Shown in pieces: positions 1 through 8,300 of a DNA stretch of 16,378 bases (the first letter of the stretch is position 1; every line of letters starts with the position of its first letter). The notes beneath the pieces are model-generated. The model was given only the letters and a program-made list of their open reading frames with translations, did no database searches and had not been told where the DNA came from. The translations under genes and the position numbers were made by a program. This DNA is from Promethearchaeota archaeon. Lineage in GTDB: Archaea; Asgardarchaeota; Odinarchaeia; Odinarchaeales; JBHLKK01. The DNA is taken from the NCBI GenBank assembly GCA_048939465.1, contig JBHLPL010000037.1:1-16378 (forward strand), written 5' to 3'.

Positions 1-1
1 C

Positions 2-103
2 TGGGGAAAGATTAAATCGGATGCCCTGTGGGTAGATGTTATAGCAGATGCAACGATTGCCTTCCCAATGATTGTCGCATCTGCTATGAAACGCTTAAAA
101 TAG
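2..103 (+). CDS. dys: Deoxyhypusine synthase, C-terminal fragment (5' truncated by the window)
   Basis: Frame from nt 2 reads WGKIKSDALWVDVIADATIAFPMIVASAMKRLK*, matching the conserved DHS C-terminus (WGKI...DATIAFP). Not in the ORF track. Confidence 0.85.
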   Translation, partial: WGKIKSDALWVDVIADATIAFPMIVASAMKRLK

Positions 104-134
104 TGTCACATCTAATACTCTTTGTCCAGCAAAT

Positions 135-166
135 GTTATTAGCCCAAAAATCATTGAGCTAATAAC
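135..166. repeat. Perfect 9-bp inverted repeat (GTTATTAGC-N14-GCTAATAAC); possible terminator or operator
   Basis: Arms at 135-143 and 158-166, in the gap between dys and the 209 ORF. Confidence 0.5.
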
Positions 167-208
167 GCTACAAACATCTAGAAAATCTTCATAGGAAGGA
201 AGATCATC

Positions 209-1459
209 TTGACTGAGATATCATTAGATGAATTGTATTCTTGGTTTGTCGGAAGGACGAGGGGGAAGCTCGGACCAACTCAGAAAAGGGGAGAGCAGAT
301 CTGCAACAAGATTGAAGGGATCCTTGCTCGTGTGGAGGATACTGCTGAGAAACTACTAGTAAGCAAAGATCGAGATGCCTACAGGGGCGCTGAGCAAGAT
401 CCTAAGAGACATGAACTTGCTGTTCGCTCTGCCGATAAGCTCTCCGAAAAGGTAATCGAGAAAATCAAAGAACTCGAAATCCCAGAGAACACAACGTATG
501 ACAACCTCAAAGATCTGGGCGAGAAACTAAAAGGGCTTTTTGCCTTTGTAAATGGGGCAGGTAGACGTTGGGTTCCTAAAATGAGTCCGTGGTTTAAGTC
601 TGAATTGAAAGACATCGACTACTTCCTAAAAAAACTCACTCAAACATCAAAAGAGCTGCAAAACTTCATTCACATTGAATATCGAGAAGTGAAAAGAATC
701 GAGGATGTCATGAATTCAATAAAAGATCTGAAGGCTTTGGTCGACGACAATAAGGTTATTGAAACAGAGGTGGGAAAGGCCCGTAAGAAGTCAGAAGATC
801 TGGAAAGAACGATATCAAGCCTTAAAACGGACCTAGTCGATTTAATGGAGACCGGGAAAAGCAAGGATTTGACTGAGATAAAAAAAAGTGAAGCCGGTTT
901 GAGACGAATGTTCAATCGATATTTTCGCCCCCTTGTAAAGCCTCTTAGAAAGCTCAGAGTGAGTATTGAAAGAGAACAGTACTCTATGAGTATGGAACAG
1001 CAATCCGCTATGAGCGAATACCTAAACAATCCCTTTGCAACCTTCTTGAATGAGGAGGAGGGATATCCTCTTCTGAAGGCCATTTTAAGCGGCCTCCGAT
1101 CCAGTTTGGTGGATAAAAAGCTTTCCATGAAACCTAGCAGAACGAACAAAGCACTGAGACAGATAAAAGAAATCTTTGAAGACAATACCTTAATCGATCT
1201 CCAAAGGAAAGGCAAGAGTATGACTATGTTAAAAACCAAACTTGAAACTGAATTGGAATTGGTTGAGCACCGAAAGAAACAACTGAAACTTCAGGAAGAT
1301 ATCGGAAGAGTAGAGAAAGAGAAAAAGGACATAGAAGCTAGGTCTTCGAATCTACAAGACGAATTTGATAGAAATCAGGAAAAAACGTCCCGCCATAAGA
1401 AAGAGATAGAAGAAATCATTCGGAAAGTAGTCAGAGAAGATATTACAATCAAAATTTGA
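209..1459 (+). CDS. Uncharacterised 416-aa Lys/Glu-rich coiled-coil protein
   Basis: Long ORF, TTG start after purine-rich AGGAAGGAAG. Heptad-like charged segments at about aa 160-235 and 335-405. No Walker A motif and no TM segment. Confidence 0.8.
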   Translation: MTEISLDELYSWFVGRTRGKLGPTQKRGEQICNKIEGILARVEDTAEKLLVSKDRDAYRGAEQDPKRHELAVRSADKLSEKVIEKIKELEIPENTTYDNLKDLGEKLKGLFAFVNGAGRRWVPKMSPWFKSELKDIDYFLKKLTQTSKELQNFIHIEYREVKRIEDVMNSIKDLKALVDDNKVIETEVGKARKKSEDLERTISSLKTDLVDLMETGKSKDLTEIKKSEAGLRRMFNRYFRPLVKPLRKLRVSIEREQYSMSMEQQSAMSEYLNNPFATFLNEEEGYPLLKAILSGLRSSLVDKKLSMKPSRTNKALRQIKEIFEDNTLIDLQRKGKSMTMLKTKLETELELVEHRKKQLKLQEDIGRVEKEKKDIEARSSNLQDEFDRNQEKTSRHKKEIEEIIRKVVREDITIKI

Positions 1460-1490
1460 TTCTGTTTTCCTTACGTCATGGGGGGTAATT

Positions 1491-2171
1491 GTGAAGACTG
1501 GTCTGAACTCGCTAAAAATGCTGAAAATATCCTTATCGACCTTTTTTCTTAGGCTTCTGCACAAAGTATACAACAGACCTCGTATTTGGAAAATCATGGA
1601 TAGACTTTTCTATGTTCACCCGACTGTATTCATGCCCCATTACACGTTTACAAGCAAGTTCTTGGCGATGAACTTGAGGGTTGGAGAATCCGCAAAAGTC
1701 TTGGATCTTGGCACCGGCGTAGGAATCCAAGCCATATTCGCTGCAGAAAACGCAAGTAGAATTATTGCAACCGATATTAACCCTCATGCAATCAAATGTG
1801 CCAAAATCAACGTGAGTTTCAACAATCTAGAACACAAGATTGAGGTAAGAAAAGGCAACATGTTTGAACCCGTGAAGGACGAGAAATTTGATGTAATACT
1901 TTTCAATCCTCCGTACCTGAGTAAGAGACCCAAAAACATGCTTGAAAGAGCATGGTTTTGTGGTGAAAAAAATGAGCTTATTGGAGAATTTGTTACAGAT
2001 GCCAGAAAGCACTTGACGAATCAGGGGTACGTGCAAATTCTGTACTCTACCTTGGGCAATTTAGCATTTCTTTTAAGGAAGTTTGACGAGGAGGGGTATA
2101 AGGTGGAGAAAATCGCTGAGAAGAATACATATTTCGAAAAATTCGTCATATACATCGCCAGATTAAACTGA
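1491..2171 (+). CDS. Class I SAM-dependent methyltransferase, HemK/PrmC (N5-glutamine/N6AMT1-like) family
   Basis: Motif I VLDLGTGVG, IIATDINPHA, post-II DVILFNPPY. The GTG start has an SD-like GGGGGT; an alternative ATG lies at 1518. Confidence 0.85.
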   Translation: MKTGLNSLKMLKISLSTFFLRLLHKVYNRPRIWKIMDRLFYVHPTVFMPHYTFTSKFLAMNLRVGESAKVLDLGTGVGIQAIFAAENASRIIATDINPHAIKCAKINVSFNNLEHKIEVRKGNMFEPVKDEKFDVILFNPPYLSKRPKNMLERAWFCGEKNELIGEFVTDARKHLTNQGYVQILYSTLGNLAFLLRKFDEEGYKVEKIAEKNTYFEKFVIYIARLN

Positions 2172-2177
2172 TTTCTT

Positions 2178-2342
2178 CATGAGGCCCCCTATCACAAACT
2201 AACACTCGACGGTGATGTTAATGCTGGAATCAGTATTTTGAAAACGATCACCTTCAGGGCAGGAAATGTCCGTAGAGCCTGCAAGACATATCCCGGTAGG
2301 GAATGGATGAAACAGGAAGCCCTACCTGAAAGGGTAGGGTAG
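2178..2342 (+). pseudogene. tnpB: Degenerate 3' remnant of an IS200/IS605 tnpB
   Basis: Reads HEAPYHKLTLDGDVNAGISILKTITFRAGNV...MKQEALPERVG*, matching the TnpB tail CxxCG-x2-DRDxNAAxNIL...MKQEA. Zn-finger Cys residues lost, no start codon, and it ends inside the right-end hairpin. Confidence 0.7.
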
Positions 2343-2347
2343 TTCAC
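2255..2347 (+). mobile_element. IS200/IS605 right end / omegaRNA-like scaffold (module C)
   Basis: GAA-GCCCTACCT-GAAA-GGGTAGGGT-AGTTCAC (stem 2319-2340, end TCAC 2344-2347). Upstream GGGCA-GGAAA-TGTCC hairpin and CCTG/CAGG pairing. Confidence 0.75.
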
Positions 2348-3321
2348 GGGTCCTTTATTCCTTCTCTCGTTATCAAAAAAACAGCTTCACCTTCTGGCAT
2401 ATTGGGAGAGTCAATCAGTCTGCAGATTCTTCTATTACCCTTGCTGCGCCTGAGATACAACCTCGTTTGCGGAACATGTGCAAGTATATGTCCACCAACA
2501 GGTTGCGTTGGATCTCCGAAGTAAACATCGGGCCTAGCCATCACCTGATTAGTTATGAACACTGCTACGTTATGGATGTCTGCCATTCGTTGAAGAGTAT
2601 GGAGGTGCTTATTCAGTTTCTGCTGTCTTCGCGCTAACATTTCCCTGCCAATGTATTCTGCCCTAAAATTGCTCATGACGCTATCTATGATCACTAATTT
2701 GATGTCTTTTTCCGGGATTATGTCTGAAGCTTGTTGTGTCAGGAGCATTTGATGATCGGAATTATAAGCTCTTGCGCACAGAACGTTTTTGAAAATCTTC
2801 TTGACATTAAGTCCTAGGCCTTCTGACATCTCCCGTATACGCTCCGGACGAAAAGTCCCTTCACAATCAATATAAAGCGCTTTTCCGGCTACTCCTCCCT
2901 GGTCTGAAGGCAATTGCACGTTTACTGAAAGTTGATGCGCAATCTGGGTTTTCCCAGTTCTAAATGGTCCAAAGACCTCGGTGATTGCTTGAGTCTCTAC
3001 GCCTCCCCCAATTAAATCATCTAAGCCCTTAGAACCGGTTGAAATACGCCCTACTTCCTGTCGCTTTTTATATAGAGCTTCTGCAGTTTCAAAACCGATC
3101 TCTAAAACACTTCTCGCTGATTCGATAATCTTCTGTGCTGTAGCTTTGCCGATATCTGCTGCAGCTGCCAACTCATCAGGTGAGGCTACAGCTACAGCCT
3201 CAACAGTCTTAAATCCTGATTCACCAAGACGCTTCGCTATTGACGGTCCTACTCCAGATAGATTTGTAAGCTCAAAAGCTTCTTCCTCCTCTTTAGTCTC
3301 ATCCTCTTCTGCTTTTTCCAA
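2344..3321 (-). CDS. radA: DNA repair and recombination protein RadA
   Basis: HhH N-domain (LSGVGP), FxxA motif (GFETA), Walker [33 protein letters not shown]. Start reassigned from 3435 to TTG at 3321, which has GGAGG about 10 nt upstream. Confidence 0.97.
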   Translation of the reverse strand: MEKAEEDETKEEEEAFELTNLSGVGPSIAKRLGESGFKTVEAVAVASPDELAAAADIGKATAQKIIESARSVLEIGFETAEALYKKRQEVGRISTGSKGLDDLIGGGVETQAITEVFGPFRTGKTQIAHQLSVNVQLPSDQGGVAGKALYIDCEGTFRPERIREMSEGLGLNVKKIFKNVLCARAYNSDHQMLLTQQASDIIPEKDIKLVIIDSVMSNFRAEYIGREMLARRQQKLNKHLHTLQRMADIHNVAVFITNQVMARPDVYFGDPTQPVGGHILAHVPQTRLYLRRSKGNRRICRLIDSPNMPEGEAVFLITREGIKDP

Positions 3322-3370
3322 TGAGCTTTTTCCCTCCAATACCGGCGTTCTTCGGTAATCACTTAACGTA

Positions 3371-3411
3371 AAAGATTTATTAAGCCTTCGGCTATTATTG
3401 ATTAAATCTTT
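3371..3411. promoter_or_regulatory. Face-to-face BRE/TATA-like elements for divergent radA and OSTC-like genes
   Basis: AAAGATTTA (3371-3379) and its reverse complement TAAATCTTT (3403-3411) flank AGCC-TTC-GGCT (3383-3393). Confidence 0.55.
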
Positions 3412-3438
3412 AGTTGTTTGGTCGTGCGGTGGCATACA

Positions 3439-3873
3439 ATGGTATGGTGGCCGAGATTCATTCGAAGGCCGAAACTAAGGCTAAAGAAACCCAGGCTTGA
3501 ACTCCCAAAAGCGCCATCTCCTACGGTATGGTACGTCATTTGTGCAGTAGTTATTCTATTCATACTTGCCGGAGGAATATACAACATAGTAAATCAACCT
3601 TTACCTTTTGGGTCGAATCCGGATACAGGCGATCCGATGCTGATTCTTCGCCCTCCTTATGGTACCATAAGTGATCAATTCGTGCTGGAGGGGATGATCG
3701 GAGGAATCCTCATATTCTGTGGATTCGCAGGCTTTGTTGTCATATATGAGAGCACGAAGCATGTTTATAACCCCAGCTATGCGCTAATGCTTCTCATTGC
3801 TGGGATAGTCATGATAATACTTGCATATATCGGTGCAGAGTGGATAATTGTTATAAAAACAACATCCGCTTAG
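3439..3873 (+). CDS. Oligosaccharyltransferase accessory subunit, DC2/OSTC-like (OST3/OST6 TM-domain family)
   Basis: Three TM segments. PKLRLKKP...[12 protein letters not shown]...DQFVLEG...GFAGFVVI parallels eukaryotic DC2 (PNLKLKKP...GGIIYDVIVEP...QYIMEG...GLGFIIL, recalled). No thioredoxin domain. Start at ATG 3439 preferred over 3418. Confidence 0.8.
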   Translation: MVWWPRFIRRPKLRLKKPRLELPKAPSPTVWYVICAVVILFILAGGIYNIVNQPLPFGSNPDTGDPMLILRPPYGTISDQFVLEGMIGGILIFCGFAGFVVIYESTKHVYNPSYALMLLIAGIVMIILAYIGAEWIIVIKTTSA

Positions 3874-3877
3874 CAGC

Positions 3878-4489
3878 TTACCATGGCACGCTTTTCAAAC
3901 TCGCTTTATATGCAATAGCATTCGCTGCGAGGTGTATTAGAGGCGTTAACACCAAGATTATAACTAGATAGGTCCAGGGCAGAGGTGTAATGATATAGCC
4001 GAACAGCAACGCCACTGCAACGAAATCCAGTTGGTCGAGGAGCGGTGCCGATTTTCCCCGTTCCAAGTCCATTCTTCTTTTGATAAAAGATCCCAAGAGA
4101 TCACCTAACAAGGCGCCTAGAGATATCAGAAACACTCGAAGAATTGAGGAATTGATTATCCTTCCCACTACTGTTGCGTCTATACCGAGCTGATACTGTA
4201 TTATTAGGGACTGCATGAGTCCATTCAAAGGATTGGCAATCAGCAGCTGCAATAGCCCGGCGGAGAATCCGATCGACAACCCACCAATAAATCCTCTTAT
4301 GGTCTTGCCGTCGCCAAATATCCGACGTTTATCTGTGAATTTCCGTCCTAGGTCTATCGGTCTTCCACCCCCCGTTACAACAGCAAAACCATTTGCTACA
4401 TATGCAGGAACTATGTAATATATTGAAAGAAAGATTATGACACCTAGGTCGCCCCATAAGTTACTCATTATGCCGAGAACCTCACTCAC
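3878..4489 (-). CDS. carS: CDP-archaeol synthase
   Basis: PAYVAN...GGGRPID.G......GDGKT.RG, GDLLGSFIKRR, LLDQLDF motifs. Start could be GTG 4489 or ATG 4468. Confidence 0.93.
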   Translation of the reverse strand: MSEVLGIMSNLWGDLGVIIFLSIYYIVPAYVANGFAVVTGGGRPIDLGRKFTDKRRIFGDGKTIRGFIGGLSIGFSAGLLQLLIANPLNGLMQSLIIQYQLGIDATVVGRIINSSILRVFLISLGALLGDLLGSFIKRRMDLERGKSAPLLDQLDFVAVALLFGYIITPLPWTYLVIILVLTPLIHLAANAIAYKASLKSVPW

Positions 4490-5201
4490 GCTTTTCTTTA
4501 TCCTCCAGGGGTTTCAGCCCCTCGTTTGTGAGTACGCAATATGTAAATGTTTCTCTATCTCGTGGATGTCCAACAAGCTCTACTTTGCGTTTTCTTGAAT
4601 AGTCTGAGACTTCCAAAAGCAGAGATAACGTGGTCCAGTGTTCTAGAACTTTCTTCCCTACTGGCACAATATCGACTACACCATCAACCATGACATCTCT
4701 TACTTGATTAGTCAAAAGAATAGCAGTCCCATACTTTTTGGCCAAACCCAGAAGCACCGCCAGCTGTCGATTGAGTTCACGGCTTAACGCAAAGTTCCTT
4801 TGAGAGTTACCCAACTCTACTCTGTAAAGTGCAGTGATAGTATCAAAGATTACTAGCTTGACTTTAGGTACTACGTACTTCTCAACGTTATCCACTATAT
4901 CGGATTGCTCTGCAAAGGTTATTGGCTTAAAAACTACTATCTCCTTGGCGACAATATCAAAATTGGTTCCTGAAATCTGTTGAAGTCTTTTTGGCGAGAA
5001 AGAGTTCTCCGTGTCGACATAGAGTGTTCTCCACCCGGAGGTTGCTGCATTTACAGCTGTCTGGATTGCGAGGGTAGTTTTCCCACTGCGTGCTTTGCCA
5101 TACACATGAGTTAGTGTTCCTGCCCTGAAACCTCCATTAAGGAGCTTATCGATATTCTTGGCTCCGGTGGAAAGCAGTCCTATGTGTATTTCATTCGGCA
5201 T
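4482..5201 (-). CDS. radB: RadB / RadA paralog
   Basis: RecA core without HhH domain: STG...D.LL.GG, Walker A GKARSGKT, YVDTE, Walker B IFDT-ITALYR, TNQV. Confidence 0.85.
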   Translation of the reverse strand: MPNEIHIGLLSTGAKNIDKLLNGGFRAGTLTHVYGKARSGKTTLAIQTAVNAATSGWRTLYVDTENSFSPKRLQQISGTNFDIVAKEIVVFKPITFAEQSDIVDNVEKYVVPKVKLVIFDTITALYRVELGNSQRNFALSRELNRQLAVLLGLAKKYGTAILLTNQVRDVMVDGVVDIVPVGKKVLEHWTTLSLLLEVSDYSRKRKVELVGHPRDRETFTYCVLTNEGLKPLEDKEKRE

Positions 5202-5382
5202 AGATGACCCTCGTATTATCTTTGCTGATTTGCATTCCTTTTAAATATGTAGCATTTAGCAAGTTCTGAAACTCATTTAAATAATACTGGTCATAACTTT
5301 TTGCTATCTTTCCAATCCGAAAGACATTTAACTACAATAATATTACAGAATACCAATTAGGCCAAGGAGTGCCTAGCAAGTC
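5202..5382. promoter_or_regulatory. AT-rich divergent promoter region (radB / aglB)
   Basis: TATA-like TTTTAAATA at 5239-5247 and ATTTAAATA near 5275-5283. Individual boxes cannot be assigned to a gene with certainty. Confidence 0.45.
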
Positions 5383-8300
5383 ATGTCACCCTCGAATGCG
5401 TTAAAGAGTATTGCAAATGCATTCAGATCCGTATTCCATAAACCCAAGGTAGAGATTAAGTTAGGCAATATTGTTCTTTACTTGGGACTGGGTCTTATCT
5501 TCTTGGTGGCACTCCTATTACGCCTTTTTCCTGCAGCGCTTTATGATCCGCTTTTGAAAGCTTTTGACCCGTGGTTTCAATATCGTTGCGCCGAATATTT
5601 GGCTGATAATGGCCTTTTCTCCTGGTTTACATGGCATGATCCCCAATCTTGGTATCCTTGGGGAAGAGACATACCCGGAAACGCATTCCCGGGACTACCC
5701 ATGGCTGCGGCTACAGTCTTTTACCTTCTTCAATCGATAGGAATATCTGTTGATATTTACACTGTTTGTTTCTTCCTGCCCGCATTCCTAGGAGCTACAA
5801 GCTGCATTGCCATGTATTTTCTAGGAAAAGAAGTCGGGGGGAGGAAGGTGGGCATTTTTGCAGCTCTACTTCTAGCTTTCATTCCTGCTCACATACAAAG
5901 AACCGTCGCAGGGTTTTTCGATAACGAAACCATAGGCATACTTACAATGGTTTTGACAGCATATTTCTTCTTGCATTCCTTCAAGCACGCATCGCCCCTT
6001 TCGGCGGTAGCTGCAGGACTAAGTCTGGGTTATCTTTCAATAACTTGGGGTGCATACCAATATCTCTTCTATCTTCTGGCCTTGTTCGCTATTCTGCTTA
6101 TGTTGGCTCGCCGCTACACTTCTCGTCTTCTAATGTCCTACAGCATTACTACATGCTTAGCAATCTTTATAGCTTCAAGGTTCCCGGTGAACGGAGGTGT
6201 CAACTTCATCTTCTCCGGAACGGGATTCATCGCCATAGGCGTTTTGGCTATTATGGCCTTATATGAGATTTTTCTCCGACTAAGGGAGACGAGATTCTAT
6301 GAATGGCTAAAGGCGAACCGAGTGAAAATAACCATGGCTATCACGGGCAGTATCTCTGCGGCCGTCATTGGCCTGTGGGTGATAGGACAGCTACCTGTAT
6401 TAATTGGTTTTTTGGAATCGGTTTTTTCTCTGTCCGCAAGATTTTGGTCCGTACTCAATCCCCTATCCCGTGAACAGGTCTTCCTTGTTGCCTCAGTTGG
6501 TGAGCATGCAACGACCACTTGGGCAGTCTTCTATTACTACCTGCACGTACTCGTTTTTCTGGTTCCCGTGGGGCTCTATTTTTCGTTTAAGCGCCTCCAA
6601 AATGAAGATCTGTTTATAATACTATTTTCAATAACCTCGTTATACTTCGCAGGTTCTATGATACGTCTACTCCTAATTTTGGCCCCTATCGTGAGTTTGC
6701 TGTCTGCAATAACCATTGTAAACATACTGAAACCCTTTGCCACAATTCTCGGTGAACAACCAACGGTTATCAGGCGAAGGAGGAAAAGAATAACCAGAAT
6801 GGTTGGTAGGGAATACGCTGTGGCATCGTTCGGACTAATCTTCATCCTGTTGACGCTAACAACTTGGCACTCTGTTGTTGTCACCCAACAGCTGTCCACT
6901 CCCGAAATGGTGGGGCTTGGCACTTTTGATGACTGGCGAGAATCTTTTCAATGGATGAGAAACAATCTCGATCAGAATGTCAGGGTACTGTCGTGGTGGG
7001 ATTATGGGTACTGGATAACGACCCGTACGAATAAGACTACATATATTGACAATGGCACGCTAAATTCCACACAGATTGCGTGGATGGCACGTGCCTTGAT
7101 ATCAAATGAAACTGAGGCTCTGAAGATATTCCGCATGTACGATGTAACTCATGTTCTAGTACATTTTGGATACTTCGTTACTGCTCTCAGTGGGGATGAG
7201 GGAAAATGGATTTGGATGGTACGAATTGCCCAAGATCACTTCCCTGATGTAATTAATGAAAGTGAATACTACGTGCAAGGTGAAGGACCAACGTTGAAGT
7301 TCTTCCAATCTCTAATCTACAAACTCGTCTTCTATGAGGAGCCCGGAGACTATTACTACAGTTCCTATGTTGAACAGATCATGAGCCAACAAGGTTATCC
7401 GTCATACGTAGGGTGGCCATCGAGCCCAGAGTGGCGGTTTATTGGAGCGGAGGCTATTTGGCCTGCATTTAGCGAGACGTATGTCTCCACCAATCACCTC
7501 GTCAAGATATTTGAATTAAATTATGATGTTCTTGATTATAACTTGACGATAACTGACACGGACATCTATCGAATAACGACTGAGAATAAAACAGCCGCTT
7601 TAGTTGATGTCAAAAACTCCGGCTCACTCCCCATGAATGTTGATCTTAACGCCAGTAACGTCCTTGCCAACGGGACAGCTATTTCTGATATGGGCGGAAG
7701 TGCGCAAATAGCTGAGGGAAGTTCCTACCTGCTGCCCGGCGAGACTTGCGTTGTGAAGATTAACTTCGGTATTAATGCGACAGAGGGCGAGGCATGGAAT
7801 TTCACCATGGGGACTGTCCAGTACTACGGGAACGCTCAGGATACATCTAACGCGACTGTTCGTCTCAATCAAACAATAAACATGGATCTCATAGGTGCAA
7901 ACGCCTACAGCAATGAAACAGTGATTCTGGATATTAACAATACTGGCGCAGAATATCTCGAAATAACCCAGGCCGAAGTGAATGGGACTAGTAGTGGAAT
8001 CTCCATAGCAAGCGACACAATCTTATATCCCGGACAAAATGAGACCTACAGAATCGTCATAAATCTGGCTACTAATCCGGACCTAAATCTGAATGAAACT
8101 AATTTCATAAATATTACGATCTTCACGTGGGAAGGTGTTAACCAAACTGTTAACGCGACCGTTCAAATACCTCCAGACTACTCTATTTTGATCAGAAATG
8201 CAACTGCTTATAGTAATGAGACCATATTCATAACGATTGAGAACACAGGCAACTATTCTATCACGCTAAATGCCTTCAATGTGAGTACGACAAATGACTC

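Noticed and set aside
379-1239. Antisense ORFs 379-615 and 670-1239
   Set aside because: Shadows of the coiled-coil gene. Their Leu/Ser/Phe-rich composition mirrors Lys/Glu codons and they have no motifs.
3322-3435. 38-aa N-terminal extension of RadA given by the ORF track
   Set aside because: It overlaps the divergent promoter region and the neighbouring ORF. A TTG with a good SD at 3321 gives a normal-length RadA. The short acidic N-terminus is common in RadA.
4588-4602. Partial match of the module A putative guide (TTCTTGAATAG) inside radB
   Set aside because: Only 11 nt, it excludes the scaffold-proximal seed, and there is no TTGAG-like TAM. Compatible with chance.
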